A DNA stretch of 58,857 nucleotides from Methanothrix sp. (GTDB taxonomy: Archaea; Halobacteriota; Methanosarcinia; Methanotrichales; Methanotrichaceae). Below the pieces are notes generated by a model that saw only the letters and a list, made by a program, of their open reading frames with translations, searched no databases and was not told the DNA's origin. Positions 1 to 10,050 of this stretch are shown piece by piece (position 1 is the stretch's first letter; the number at the start of each line of letters is the position of its first letter). Made by a program: the position numbers and the translations under genes. The DNA is taken from NCBI GenBank assembly GCA_020844795.1, contig CP086218.1, forward strand, positions 788,622 through 847,478, given 5' to 3'.

Positions 1-179
1 ACGTTCTGTGGGTCGATCTCTATGGCCTTATCGTAGGCCGCCAACGTCTCTTCGGGCGTGCCGATCAATTGCAGCTCACGAGCTTTCGTCAGCCAATCCT
101 CTGTCGTGCTCTCCTGCGCCAGAACAGCTGCGCATAGCAGATACAGTGCCATCAGGACGAGGACAAACCTGGACCCCAT
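1..179 (-). CDS. Secreted TPR-repeat protein, 5' part only (runs off the window start)
   Basis: Manual translation from ATG at 179: MGSRFVLVLMALYLLCAAVLAQESTTEDWLTKARELQLIGTPEETLAAYDKAIEIDPQN. Signal peptide followed by a TPR consensus. Not in the ORF track because it is truncated. Confidence 0.75.
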   Translation of the reverse strand, partial: MGSRFVLVLMALYLLCAAVLAQESTTEDWLTKARELQLIGTPEETLAAYDKAIEIDPQN

Positions 180-332
180 CCCCAACTTCGATAGCCCATC
201 GCGGGCCATTGTCGATTCTACTTTTTCGCGCATTTTTTTCCTCGCTCCCCAGTATATCATCGAAATACGATTCATCTCAGTGCGGCATTTGTATACCCAT
301 CACTCTCTAGCTTAGCAAAGGCCGTCCGGGCC

Positions 333-947
333 TCATGGATTCGGTTCACCTATCCCCCAGGACTCATCAAGAAGTCCCATCTCCATGAGCAGGTTCGCCA
401 CCGTCCTTGCGGCCGCGTCGGCCCTGGTGGAGTTCTTCTCAATGGCCCTCTCGTAGGCCTCGATCGCCTCCTCGCCCCTCCCCAGGCTGATCAGAAGCTC
501 TGCCTTCTCGAACCAGGCCTCGCCGTCCTCGGGATCCGAGATCAGGGATTCGTTGTAGATCTCCAGGGCCCTCTCCCAGGACCCCCTCGCCTCTTCGGAC
601 CGTTCCAGGCCGTATTGGGCAACTCCCCTGCCCCACCACGCCCGGGCGTCTTCCGGATCCTCCGCCAGAATCTCGTCGAATAAGGCAACCGCCTTCAAGT
701 GAGCCTGCCTGGCCAAGATCTCGTGGATGATCGCCTTGTCCAGCCAGGCGGTGGCGTTTCCTGGATCTATCCTCAGAGACTCTTCATAAGCCAAAAGGGC
801 CTCCTCCATACTCCAACTCAAGAAAAGATCGTGGCCCCTTTCTCGCCAGCTCTCTGCCGAATCTTCCTCTTCGATCCCATCCTCCGCCAAGGCACATATG
901 CAAAGGGATGCCATGGCCGCCAACATGATGGCGAACCTGGCCCACAT
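333..947 (-). CDS. Secreted TPR-repeat protein
   Basis: Likely start MWARFAIML (947), signal peptide ending ALA, TPR motifs (AYEESLRIDPGNATAW, DPEDARAWWGRG, DPEDGEAWFEKA). Confidence 0.8.
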   Translation of the reverse strand: MWARFAIMLAAMASLCICALAEDGIEEEDSAESWRERGHDLFLSWSMEEALLAYEESLRIDPGNATAWLDKAIIHEILARQAHLKAVALFDEILAEDPEDARAWWGRGVAQYGLERSEEARGSWERALEIYNESLISDPEDGEAWFEKAELLISLGRGEEAIEAYERAIEKNSTRADAAARTVANLLMEMGLLDESWGIGEPNP

Positions 948-1340
948 GCCAAAATCCGGTAGGATATTGTTCAATCCGCTCAACAGTATCACCTCACCTA
1001 AAGGGATGGAGAGGATTGAGCTGGGGAGTGTGGGCATGCCCCAGCTCCCGGCCTCGGAGAGGCCGCCTCTATCTTAGCTTCACAGATAATGGTCTGTGAA
1101 GACGAAAACCCCAACTCCCCCACCCCATGTCACCCCTAAATTACATAATGTTATATTAACTTTACTATCTGTAAAGGATGTTCGGTATAACACCATCGGA
1201 TTTCGGCAGCCGACCGGTCTTCATCAGCAGAATACTCTACAGCAAAAGGCGAATTCGACCTGAGAGAGCCCCCTCTTATCAAGATATACGAGCATGAATA
1301 GTTAAGTTTATATAACCAATTGTAATACGATATTGACATC

Positions 1341-1751
1341 GTGATGCCGATGGACGCGAGAGATTCCAGGATCTGCAGATTGATCATCATCGTCGTAACG
1401 GTTGCCATGGCGGGCTTGTTTGCAGCGATGGCCAACGCAGTCCTCGTGGTATCTTCCATCGCCCCAGGGGCGATTTTATTCTATATATGTAAAAGAAGCG
1501 TCGCAGAGATCGAAGAAGACGAGAGGGACGCAAGGGTGAGCGAGCAGGCATCGAAGGTCACCGTAGCAGTATTCGCTTCGGCATGCACCCTCTCCGGCCT
1601 AATATTGATCGCCCTGAGGAACGAATATCCAGAGTACATGTACGCCGGATTCGCCCTCGCCTTCTCCGCCTGCGCCTTAATGATCCTGTACTCTATCCTC
1701 TACGGATACTACAACAGAAGATACGGTTACGAGCCTTACGATGAAGAATAA
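1341..1751 (+). CDS. DUF2178-like membrane protein
   Basis: Four hydrophobic segments, an EDER motif, and overlap with a downstream XRE HTH gene, a typical pairing. Confidence 0.7.
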   Translation: MMPMDARDSRICRLIIIVVTVAMAGLFAAMANAVLVVSSIAPGAILFYICKRSVAEIEEDERDARVSEQASKVTVAVFASACTLSGLILIALRNEYPEYMYAGFALAFSACALMILYSILYGYYNRRYGYEPYDEE

Positions 1752-2001
1752 GATCAAAGTCTACAGGGCGGTTCACGATCTGACCCAGGAGCAGCTCGCC
1801 AAAGAGCTGGGAGTGACAAGGCAGACGATAATTGCGATAGAGAAGGGAAAGTACAACCCGTCTTTAGACCTCGCCTTCAAGATGGCGAGGGTCTTCGGGG
1901 TCAAGATCGAAGACATATTCGTCTACGAAGAATCTTCCCAGAAGAGAACGATCCATCCGCTTAAGCCCTCGATCCAATGGGACTCGTCCGAAACGGGATA
2001 A
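1741..2001 (+). CDS. XRE/Cro-family helix-turn-helix transcriptional regulator
   Basis: MKNKIKVYR..LTQEQLAKELGVTRQTIIAIEKGKYNPSLDLAFK consensus. Confidence 0.9.
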   Translation: MKNKIKVYRAVHDLTQEQLAKELGVTRQTIIAIEKGKYNPSLDLAFKMARVFGVKIEDIFVYEESSQKRTIHPLKPSIQWDSSETG

Positions 2002-2073
2002 AACGACGATATCTGACCAAAAACTTTAATGGAATAAAACTCATCTGATCAAAACCACCTTAAGGAGTATGCG

Positions 2074-3324
2074 ATGCCCGAACGTCCCTCCATCGGATCC
2101 TCGATAAAGCGCCCAATCCTGAGAGCAAAGGCTTACTTCACCTCCACGAAGTTCAGCGAAGAGCCCCTTATACTGGGGGCTGCGCTGATGGTGATGCTAT
2201 TTTTCATCCTTTACGCCTTTAGCGGCGATGAGACAGGGGGCGAGGTCTGGAGCATCGCCTTCGGCGGCCCCGGCTTTGAGGTGGGAACATCGATCATAGA
2301 AAAGACGGACGGCGGGTACATAATCGCCGGAGCGACGAACTCTTGGGGAAGAGGCGGATACGACGCCTGGCTTCTATCGACGGATCCGAAAGGCATAGAG
2401 ATCTGGAACGAGACTCATGGCGGGCCTGGCGACGAGGAGGCGATGGCGGTTGTCGCGACCGTTGACGGGGGTTACGCCATCACAGGTGGAACAAACTCGT
2501 TTGGTGCCGGAGACTTCGACATCTGGCTCATCAAGACCGACTCTACCGGGGTGGAAGAGTGGAACAGGACCTACGGCGGGCCGGGTTACGACTGGGCCTA
2601 TTCAATAGAGAAGGCGAAGGATGGAGGATACCTCATCCTTGGGGAGACCACCTCCCTGGGCGCGGGGGGGATGGATCTCTGGCTTATAAAGACCGATTCT
2701 CTGGGCGCTCCCGTCTGGAATAGGACCTTTGGAGGTGGCGAAGATGACGGCGGCCGCTCAATACAAGAAACCGACGACGGCGGTTACATTATAACAGGAT
2801 TCTCCGAGTCCTTTGGCCGAGGCGGCATGGACCTCTGGCTCCTGAAAGTCGACTCCGATGGGAACGAGGAGTGGAACAGGACCTTCGGCGGATCGAAGGA
2901 TGATATGGGTCAATCGGTCCGGCAGACGAAAGACGGTGGTTATGTATTGGCGGGCGGTGCGAACTCCCCCTCAACAGCCACGCCCCCGACGGGCGATGCC
3001 TGGCTGATCAGAACAGATCGGAGCGGCACTCCGATATGGGGTAGGATCTATAGCTTCGGGGATGCCAGCTACGACCTGGCCACGACGGTCAGGGAGACCG
3101 ACGACGGAGGATTCATAGTCGCAGGCCGCAGCTCAGAGGGAAAGTCAAGCGCCTGGCTCATAAAGACTGATGATGCTGGGATGAAGGAGTGGGAGGTCGT
3201 CTATAAAGAGTCGGGGAGAGAGGAGGGGTCGTCGGTATTGGTTGCCGGGGATGGGAGCTATGTCACCACCGGCTGGACGACCTCTGCTGGAAGTCCGGAT
3301 CTATGGCTCGCAAAGATCCGGTAG
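2074..3324 (+). CDS. Membrane-anchored/secreted beta-propeller repeat protein
   Basis: N-terminal TM helix, then about 7 repeats of W.RTFGG...D.G.S...T.DGGYI.AG.T.S.G.G..D.WL.KTD..G. Confidence 0.8.
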   Translation: MPERPSIGSSIKRPILRAKAYFTSTKFSEEPLILGAALMVMLFFILYAFSGDETGGEVWSIAFGGPGFEVGTSIIEKTDGGYIIAGATNSWGRGGYDAWLLSTDPKGIEIWNETHGGPGDEEAMAVVATVDGGYAITGGTNSFGAGDFDIWLIKTDSTGVEEWNRTYGGPGYDWAYSIEKAKDGGYLILGETTSLGAGGMDLWLIKTDSLGAPVWNRTFGGGEDDGGRSIQETDDGGYIITGFSESFGRGGMDLWLLKVDSDGNEEWNRTFGGSKDDMGQSVRQTKDGGYVLAGGANSPSTATPPTGDAWLIRTDRSGTPIWGRIYSFGDASYDLATTVRETDDGGFIVAGRSSEGKSSAWLIKTDDAGMKEWEVVYKESGREEGSSVLVAGDGSYVTTGWTTSAGSPDLWLAKIR

Positions 3325-3339
3325 ATAGCCTCCGCATCT

Positions 3340-4524
3340 TCAGATCAATTTCATCACCCAGAAATCGAACCCACCTGCGCTATGCTGATTCGAGAAGCCT
3401 GATAGAAGGTAGCCGCCGTCTCTCGTCTGGAGGGCAGAGATGCCGCTGTAGACTCCGTCGCCTCCGATACTCTTCCGCCATTCCTCCGTCCCGTTGGAGC
3501 TGACTTTTATAAGGAGGGCTTCGTCCGGGCTCGTCCTGGAGCCGCTCTGGGAAGTCCAGCCGGAAACTATGTAGCCTCCATCATCTGAACCCCTGACGGA
3601 GTTTCCGAAATCCCCGGCTGATCCGCCAAAGGTGGTGCTCCACTCCAGGTTCCCCTCTGAGCCGACCTTGATAAGCCATACATCATAATCTCCGGCGCCA
3701 AACGAGTTTGAAAATCCGCAGATGACGTAGCCGCCGTCCCTGGCAGTCTCGATCGAGGTGAAGCCGTCTTGCTTTGAGCCCCCGAAGGTTCTCTCCCATT
3801 CGATCGCCCCTTCGTGATCGGTCTTGATAAGCCAGCCGTCGTATCCACCCGATCCGTAAGAATCGGTCCTGCCAGCGATGAGATAACCTCCATCTTCGGC
3901 CTCCAACATTGCCAAACCTTCGTCATCGCCGGGCCCTCCGAAGGTTCTGTTCCACTCTTCCACCCCCGACTGGTCGGTCTTGACGAGCCAGAGGTCACCC
4001 TTACCAATGCCGTGAGAGTCGGTAGAGCCTGCGAAGATGTATCCGCCATCGTTTGCCTCCCGGACCGAAGAGGCGACATCGTCGCCTCGGCCGCCGAAGG
4101 TTCTCATCCACTCAGCATCTCCATTCGGGTTTGTCTTTACCAGGACCGCATCTTTACCTCCCGCGCCGCTGGAGGTGGTATAGCCGGCGATAATATACCC
4201 TCCATCAGAGGTCCTCTGAACTTCAGCGCCTACATCGATCCCCGGTCCTCCGAATGGCTTATCCCAGACTCTGCTCCCATTTGAGTCGATCATTAAGAGC
4301 CATATGTCGCAATTCCCGGCGCCGTAAGACTCGGTCATCCCGGTCAGGATGTATCCTCCATCTCCGGCCTCAGAGATCATCCCCCCCACCTCGTGCCCCG
4401 GCCCGCCGTAGGTGGTATTCCAGACCTCCATAGGCTCCCCCCAGGCGGTCGGCGCGGACAAAATGAGCGACCCTAGCACCAATAATAGCCCCAATCTCGT
4501 CATCAATAACGGCCCCGCTCTCAA
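3340..4524 (-). CDS. Secreted beta-propeller repeat protein (paralog of 2074-3324)
   Basis: Signal peptide and the same ~50-aa repeat; convergent with its paralog. Confidence 0.8.
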   Translation of the reverse strand: MRAGPLLMTRLGLLLVLGSLILSAPTAWGEPMEVWNTTYGGPGHEVGGMISEAGDGGYILTGMTESYGAGNCDIWLLMIDSNGSRVWDKPFGGPGIDVGAEVQRTSDGGYIIAGYTTSSGAGGKDAVLVKTNPNGDAEWMRTFGGRGDDVASSVREANDGGYIFAGSTDSHGIGKGDLWLVKTDQSGVEEWNRTFGGPGDDEGLAMLEAEDGGYLIAGRTDSYGSGGYDGWLIKTDHEGAIEWERTFGGSKQDGFTSIETARDGGYVICGFSNSFGAGDYDVWLIKVGSEGNLEWSTTFGGSAGDFGNSVRGSDDGGYIVSGWTSQSGSRTSPDEALLIKVSSNGTEEWRKSIGGDGVYSGISALQTRDGGYLLSGFSNQHSAGGFDFWVMKLI

Positions 4525-4742
4525 AACTTCTCACCTCAATTGACAGGCAGTGGTTCATCTTCTCCAGTTATATTTACTTCGATTAAACTCAACTTAATAT
4601 CGGTTTAATGGTCGTAGAACTCCACGAATTTGAAGGGGCCAAAGATTCTGAGATCGCCTCCGAAAGGCATTATAGCCATGGAGGCCCAATTGTTGAAAGA
4701 GACCTCTCCATCTCGAGGGATAGAGCAGGCCGGAGAATTTGA

Positions 4743-7700
4743 ATGATCCGAGTTCTTATGGTGGACGACGACCCCGCAGTCCTGGAGATAACGAAGGTAT
4801 TCCTCGAGAGGTCCGGGGATATACAGGTCGACGCCGTCGTCTCGGCTTTGGAGGCGACGGAGAGGCTGCAAGATGGCGGCTATGACGTCATCGTCTCCGA
4901 CTACGTGATGCCGGAGATGGACGGGATATCCTTTCTCAAAAGGGTCCGGAGCCGGGACTCGGAGATCCCCTTCATCCTCTTCACCGGGAAGGGGCGCGAA
5001 GAGGTGGTGATCGAGGCGCTGAACAACGGTGCCGACTACTACCTCCAGAAGGACGCAAACCCGAAGGTCCTCTACGCCGAGCTGACCCACCAGATCCGGC
5101 AGGCGGCAGAGAGGCAGAAGGCCAAGAAGGCGGTCATCGAGAGCGAGGAAAAGTATCGGGCCCTCTTCGAGAACATGAACGACGGGCTCGTCCTCTGCGA
5201 GTTCGTCCTGGACGTTGAGGGGAGGGTCCCCGTCGACTACGTCATAAAGGACGCAAACCCCCAGATCGAGGAGATCGCGGGGGTGGGGCCAGATGAGGCG
5301 ATAGGAAAGAGGGGGTCGGAGATCTTCGGGTCGATCGTCCCCCCGTTTCTGGAGACTTACCGCCAGGTCGACGAGACCGGATCACCTGCCAAGTTCGATG
5401 GGCGGATCCCGGAGACGGGCAGGCAGTTCAGCATATCCGCCTACTCGATGGGGAGGGGAGAGTTTGCGGCGATATTCTCCGACGTCACCGAGGAGAAGAG
5501 GGTCAATGAGGAGCTCTGCAGGGCCCACCACCAGCTCCAGGAGATAATAGACTTCCTCCCCGACGCCACCTTCGTCGTCGACGAGGAGAGGAAGGTGATA
5601 GCCTGGAACCGGGCCGTCGAGGAGATGACCGGCGTCTCCAAGGATCAGATCATAGGAAGAGGGGCCTACGACTACGGAGAGCCCTTCTACGGGTTCAAGA
5701 GGCCGGTCCTCATCGACGCCATCTTCTCGGAGGATTCCGGGATCGAGAGGGATTACGACTACCTCCGCCGGCAGGGAGACGCCATCTTCGCCGAGGTCTA
5801 CATCCCCCACCTCTACGGTGGGAGGGGCGCTTACATCTGGGCGATCGCGTCGCCGCTATTCGACGACGACGGGAGGGTGGTCGGAGCCATCGAATCGATC
5901 CGGGACGTCACCGACAGGAAGGGGGCGGAGGTGGCCCTGCGGGAGACGAGGGACTACCTGGAGAGCCTCCTCCACCGCGCCAACGCCCCCATAGCGGTCT
6001 GGGGGCCCAACATGAAGATCATCCGATTCAACCGCGCCTTCGAGCGGCTGACGGGCTATGCCGCCGGAGAGGTGATCGGAAGAGAGGCGACGATCCTCCT
6101 CCCCGACGAAGGAAGGGAGGAGGCGCTGGCGAAGATCGCCTACACCCTGGAAGGGGAGTGCTGGGAGTCGGTGGAGATCCCCGTCCGGTGCAAGGACGGC
6201 GGGGTAAGGATCGTCCTCTGGAACTCGGCGAATATCCGCTCGGAGAAGGACGGGGCCGTCATCGCGACGATCATCCAGGGGCAGGATATCACCGAGCGGA
6301 AGCGGGCAGAAGAGGACCTCATCCTCGCCTCCAAGCAGCTCCAGGAGATCATCGACTTTTTGCCGGACCCGACCTTCGTCATCGACGCGGAGAGGAAGGT
6401 GATAGCCTGGAACCGGGCGATCGAGGAGATGACCGGGGTCGGGAAGGATGAGATGGTGGGCAGGGGCGATTACGCCTACGGCGAAGTCTTCTACGGCGAG
6501 AGACGTCCGGTTCTTATAGATATGATCTTTTCCTGGGACCAAGAACAGGAGGCGCTCTACCATTACGTCAAGAAGGAAGGTGAGACCCTATTTGCCGAGG
6601 CCTTCGTCATTCCGCCCCGGACCGGTAAAGGCTCTTACGTCTGGGGGACGGCCTCGCCCCTCTTCGATAAGGACGGCAATATCACCGGGGCGATCGAGTC
6701 GATCCGGGACGTCACCGAGATCAAGGAGACGGAGATGGCCCTCCAGGAGAACGAGGAGCGGCTGAAGCTCGTCATCGAAGGGGCGAGCTTGGGGATCTGG
6801 GACAGGAACGTGGTGACGGGGGAGGTCGTCAGGAACAGGAGGCTCGTCGAGATCTTCGGATGCCCGGATGGAGAGCTTTCCGGGCACGTCCGGGATAGGG
6901 AGAAGATGATCCATCCCGACGACTTCGATAAGGTTATGGCAGCCCTGGAAGATCACTTCCTGGGAAAAACCCCCCACTACGAGATCGACTACCGGCTGAG
7001 GAGAAGAGACGGCCGCTGGATATGGGTCCACGACTGCGGCGAGGTGATGGCCAGGGACGAGGCGGGCCAGCCCCTGAGAATGGTGGGGATCACCCAGGAG
7101 ATCACCGAGATCAGGAGGTATCAGGAGGCACTGAAGGAGGCTAACAGGAAGCTGAACCTTCTCAGCAGAGTCACCAGGCACGACATCTTAAACCAGATCA
7201 CGGCCCTCTCGGGCTACGCCCACCTCCTCCGGGAGATCGTACCCCAGGATCAGGCAGCCGAGAAGTACATCGACCGGATCGGAGAGCTGGTAAAGACCAT
7301 TCATGAACAGCTCGTCTTCACCCGGGACTACCAGGCGATGGGGGTAAAGGCCCCGGAGTGGCAGAGGGTCAGCGACGTACTCCGCCGGGCGAAGGCCGCA
7401 GCTCCCGCCGAGAGCGCCGCAGGAGAGATCGGCTTTGATGTATCGACGGAAAACCTCGAGGTATTTGCCGATCCGATGCTGGAGAAGGTCTTCACCAACC
7501 TGATGGAGAACGCCGCGAGGCACGGAGGCTCCGTCTCCGAGATCCGGGTCTTCTTCATCGAGAGGGCGAAGGGCGGTGAGGAGGGGGACGGAGGCGAGGG
7601 AGGAGCCGAGGGAGTCATCGTCGTCGAGGACGACGGCGCCGGGGTCCCGGCGGAGGTGAAGACCCGGATCTTTGACCAGGCCTTCGGGAGGCATACCGGC

Positions 7701-7826
7701 TACGGCCTATTCCTCAGCCGGGAGATCCTGGGGATCACGGGGATGACGATAGCCGAGACGGGGGAGGAGGGGAAGGGGGCGAGGTTTGAGATATCCGTCC
7801 CGGAGGAGAATTATCGTTGGGAGTAG
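4743..7826 (+). CDS. Hybrid response regulator / multi-PAS / histidine kinase
   Basis: N-terminal receiver (VDDD, SDYVMPEMDG), about 5 PAS/PAC domains, H-box RHDILNQ, and HATPase motifs (NLMENA, EDDGAG, GYGLFLS). Confidence 0.92.
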   Translation: MIRVLMVDDDPAVLEITKVFLERSGDIQVDAVVSALEATERLQDGGYDVIVSDYVMPEMDGISFLKRVRSRDSEIPFILFTGKGREEVVIEALNNGADYYLQKDANPKVLYAELTHQIRQAAERQKAKKAVIESEEKYRALFENMNDGLVLCEFVLDVEGRVPVDYVIKDANPQIEEIAGVGPDEAIGKRGSEIFGSIVPPFLETYRQVDETGSPAKFDGRIPETGRQFSISAYSMGRGEFAAIFSDVTEEKRVNEELCRAHHQLQEIIDFLPDATFVVDEERKVIAWNRAVEEMTGVSKDQIIGRGAYDYGEPFYGFKRPVLIDAIFSEDSGIERDYDYLRRQGDAIFAEVYIPHLYGGRGAYIWAIASPLFDDDGRVVGAIESIRDVTDRKGAEVALRETRDYLESLLHRANAPIAVWGPNMKIIRFNRAFERLTGYAAGEVIGREATILLPDEGREEALAKIAYTLEGECWESVEIPVRCKDGGVRIVLWNSANIRSEKDGAVIATIIQGQDITERKRAEEDLILASKQLQEIIDFLPDPTFVIDAERKVIAWNRAIEEMTGVGKDEMVGRGDYAYGEVFYGERRPVLIDMIFSWDQEQEALYHYVKKEGETLFAEAFVIPPRTGKGSYVWGTASPLFDKDGNITGAIESIRDVTEIKETEMALQENEERLKLVIEGASLGIWDRNVVTGEVVRNRRLVEIFGCPDGELSGHVRDREKMIHPDDFDKVMAALEDHFLGKTPHYEIDYRLRRRDGRWIWVHDCGEVMARDEAGQPLRMVGITQEITEIRRYQEALKEANRKLNLLSRVTRHDILNQITALSGYAHLLREIVPQDQAAEKYIDRIGELVKTIHEQLVFTRDYQAMGVKAPEWQRVSDVLRRAKAAAPAESAAGEIGFDVSTENLEVFADPMLEKVFTNLMENAARHGGSVSEIRVFFIERAKGGEEGDGGEGGAEGVIVVEDDGAGVPAEVKTRIFDQAFGRHTGYGLFLSREILGITGMTIAETGEEGKGARFEISVPEENYRWE

Positions 7827-7885
7827 TTCGAAGACGAGAGCCTGATCTATGCTGCCCGGACCATCAGCCAGACGGTCCTTGCCTC

Positions 7886-8929
7886 TCACTCCCGCCCCCA
7901 TCTCTTTGCGCCGGAGGGCCTGAGGATCTCTCCCGCATCTGCCCGCAGGAGCATGTTGGTGAGGGCGCTGAGGGAGCAGAGGGTTCCACGCCCCTCGGTC
8001 ACCTCCCCTCCGGGCCCTGGTATGCGGGCCACTATGCCTCCCTCTGCGGTGATCTCTATCTCCGTCCCGATCTCGCTGAGGCGGTGGAGGATGACGTTCC
8101 CGGTCGCCCCCATCGACTTCTCCATCCAGCAGTGCTTGAAGGGGCATAGATCGCAGTAGGCCCGGAAGAGCTCGGCGCTCGCCCCAGAGACGAGCCCTGC
8201 CGCGATCTCGGCCTTGGCGGTCCCGTAGGCGATGCAGCATCCCCGGACGTTCCTGGCCAGGATCTCGTCGCCCCTGGCCAGGGTGACCCTCACCCCCCCG
8301 CCCCGGACCTCATACCTGTTCTCAACCCCCAGGTCGAACTTCTTCTTGCCGGTGTTCTCCGTCCCCTGGAGGGCAGACCGGATCTTCTCGGCTATTTTTG
8401 GCTCCCGGGCCGCTCCTATCGCCACGGCGCAGGTGGGGCAGTAGGCGGGAGGCGACTCGAATATCACCTTCCCCTCCCCGTCATAGAAGGTGGCCACGAC
8501 CCCAAGCCCCCTCCTCTTTATGAGGGTCCTTCCCCCCATCTCCCGGACGGCGAGGAGGGCGAGGGCGGCGGCGGTAAGAACCCTCCCGTACCCCTGAAGA
8601 GAGGCCACCTTCTCCATATCCTCGGGGGTGTTCACCCCCTCCCGCCTCAGCTCCTCGGAGAGATCCGGAGGGAGGAGGCCCGCTTCGATCTCCGCCGCCA
8701 GGACCGCCGGGGACCATACCACCCCTAATCCCTCGCCGATGATGTTCTCCTCGTCATCGAAGATCCGGGCAACGATGCCCTCCGGCCTCTCGTAGGCGAC
8801 GATCCTCCCCCCGACCCGGCAGATCTCCTCGGCGACGGCGTGGCAGATGCCGCACGCCCCCTCCCTCGGCCTTGCGACCTCCCTGACCCTCTTTGATACC
8901 TCCTCTTTGAAGTTGCCGCCAGCGCTCAT
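7886..8929 (-). CDS. Hypothetical Cys-rich protein with fourfold internal repeat
   Basis: Probable start MSAGGN at 8929. 11 Cys (CGIC, CPTC, CC, CDLCPFKHC); no family recognised. Confidence 0.7.
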   Translation of the reverse strand: MSAGGNFKEEVSKRVREVARPREGACGICHAVAEEICRVGGRIVAYERPEGIVARIFDDEENIIGEGLGVVWSPAVLAAEIEAGLLPPDLSEELRREGVNTPEDMEKVASLQGYGRVLTAAALALLAVREMGGRTLIKRRGLGVVATFYDGEGKVIFESPPAYCPTCAVAIGAAREPKIAEKIRSALQGTENTGKKKFDLGVENRYEVRGGGVRVTLARGDEILARNVRGCCIAYGTAKAEIAAGLVSGASAELFRAYCDLCPFKHCWMEKSMGATGNVILHRLSEIGTEIEITAEGGIVARIPGPGGEVTEGRGTLCSLSALTNMLLRADAGEILRPSGAKRWGRE

Positions 8930-9001
8930 GATCGATATGAAGACTTCCGAGACTATATTATTTTCCGGTGATGACCATCCCCACCACCTCGGCCTCATAT
9001 A

Positions 9002-9013
9002 TCATAATCGAGA
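9002..9013. promoter_or_regulatory. Degenerate copy of the palindromic operator (TCATAATCGAGA)
   Basis: Two mismatches to the consensus, in the divergent promoter region between 8929(-) and 9026(+). Confidence 0.35.
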
Positions 9014-9025
9014 TAATTTATCGGC

Positions 9026-9958
9026 ATGACTGAAGAGATCAGGATCGGATACCTCAGCACCCTCTATCACACCAGCCTCATCATGAAGGGATCTGACCTA
9101 GCCGGGGAGCTGGGGGTTGGCGTCTCCTGGCGGCTCTTTCCCACCGGCCCCGACATGATCGACGCCTTCGGAAGGGAAGAGCTAGATCTGGGGTATCTCG
9201 GCCTTCCCCCGGCGATCATCGGGATCGGGAGAGGCCTGAAGATAAGATGCATCGCCGGCGGCCATATGGAGGGGACGGTCCTGGTGGGACTTGCCGGGAT
9301 TCGTCCCAGGGGGACGGTCCGCGAATCTCTCGCCCAGTTTCGGGGAAGGTCGATAGGCACCCCCAGGAGGGGTTCGATCCACGACGTCATCCTCCGGAAG
9401 ATGGTCGAAAGCGCCGGGTTCGAGGACGAGATCGAGATCAAGAACTACGACTGGGCCGACTTCATCCTCGACGCCATGATCGACGGCGAGGTGGAGGGGG
9501 GGTGCGGGACCCCACCCCTGGCGGTTCTGGCGATCCGAAAGCTGAACGCCGAGATCGTCCTCCCGCCAGAATTGATGTGGCCGAAGAATCCCAGCTACGG
9601 GATCGTCGCCACAGAGAAGATGATAGAGGGACCCCCCCGATTTCTGGAGGGGTTCCTGAGGCGGCACGAGGACGCATCGAACCTGATAAGGCTGAGGCCC
9701 CTTGCTGCAGCCAGGATGGTGACAGAGGCCCTGCCGGTGATAGACACCGACTTCGCCCTGGAGGTCTACAGATTGTCTCCCAAATACTGCGCCAGCCTCC
9801 CTCGGGAGTACATCGATACCACCATGGCCTTTGCGTCCCTATTGAAGGAGACGGGAGCCATCCCCGGAGAGGTGAAGGCCGGGGAGATATTCGAGATGAC
9901 GGCGATTGAACGGGTCCATCCCGAGGGGGATCATTACCGGGATCCAGGAAATCTTTAA
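9026..9958 (+). CDS. SsuA/NMT1/THI5-like ABC-type substrate-binding fold protein (orphan, no signal peptide)
   Basis: IRIGYL, F.TGPDM..A....[12 protein letters not shown] and IGTP..GSIHD motifs of COG0715. Confidence 0.8.
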   Translation: MTEEIRIGYLSTLYHTSLIMKGSDLAGELGVGVSWRLFPTGPDMIDAFGREELDLGYLGLPPAIIGIGRGLKIRCIAGGHMEGTVLVGLAGIRPRGTVRESLAQFRGRSIGTPRRGSIHDVILRKMVESAGFEDEIEIKNYDWADFILDAMIDGEVEGGCGTPPLAVLAIRKLNAEIVLPPELMWPKNPSYGIVATEKMIEGPPRFLEGFLRRHEDASNLIRLRPLAAARMVTEALPVIDTDFALEVYRLSPKYCASLPREYIDTTMAFASLLKETGAIPGEVKAGEIFEMTAIERVHPEGDHYRDPGNL

Positions 9959-9973
9959 ATATGATGATTCAAT

Positions 9974-9985
9974 TAACAATTGTGA
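9974..9985. promoter_or_regulatory. Palindromic operator TAACAATTGTGA upstream of cysK-cysE
   Basis: About 14 nt downstream of TATA-like CTTTAAAT (9953-9960); one of about 12 copies. Confidence 0.75.
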
Positions 9986-10050
9986 ATGCGCGAGAAATGC
10001 CTAGAAGTTCCGACTGCCCATTATGGGGAGGCGAAAGAGGCGAGACGGAT

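Noticed and set aside
1018-1064. Two GC-rich hairpins upstream of the TPR gene
   Set aside because: Short single-copy stems with no recognisable RNA family; expected by chance at this GC content.
5530-6720. Long internal DNA similarity within the kinase gene
   Set aside because: It reflects ordinary duplicated PAS/PAC domains, not a mobile element.
9974-9985. Operator being the Thermococcales SurR box
   Set aside because: SurR binds GTT-N3-AAC; this motif has the opposite half-site order and different spacing (AAC-N4-GTT).
9961-10050. N-terminal extension of CysK (similarly 27876-27971, 34307-34339, 8930-8998)
   Set aside because: These stretches cover promoter, operator or leader sequence; homology and RBS position support the downstream starts.
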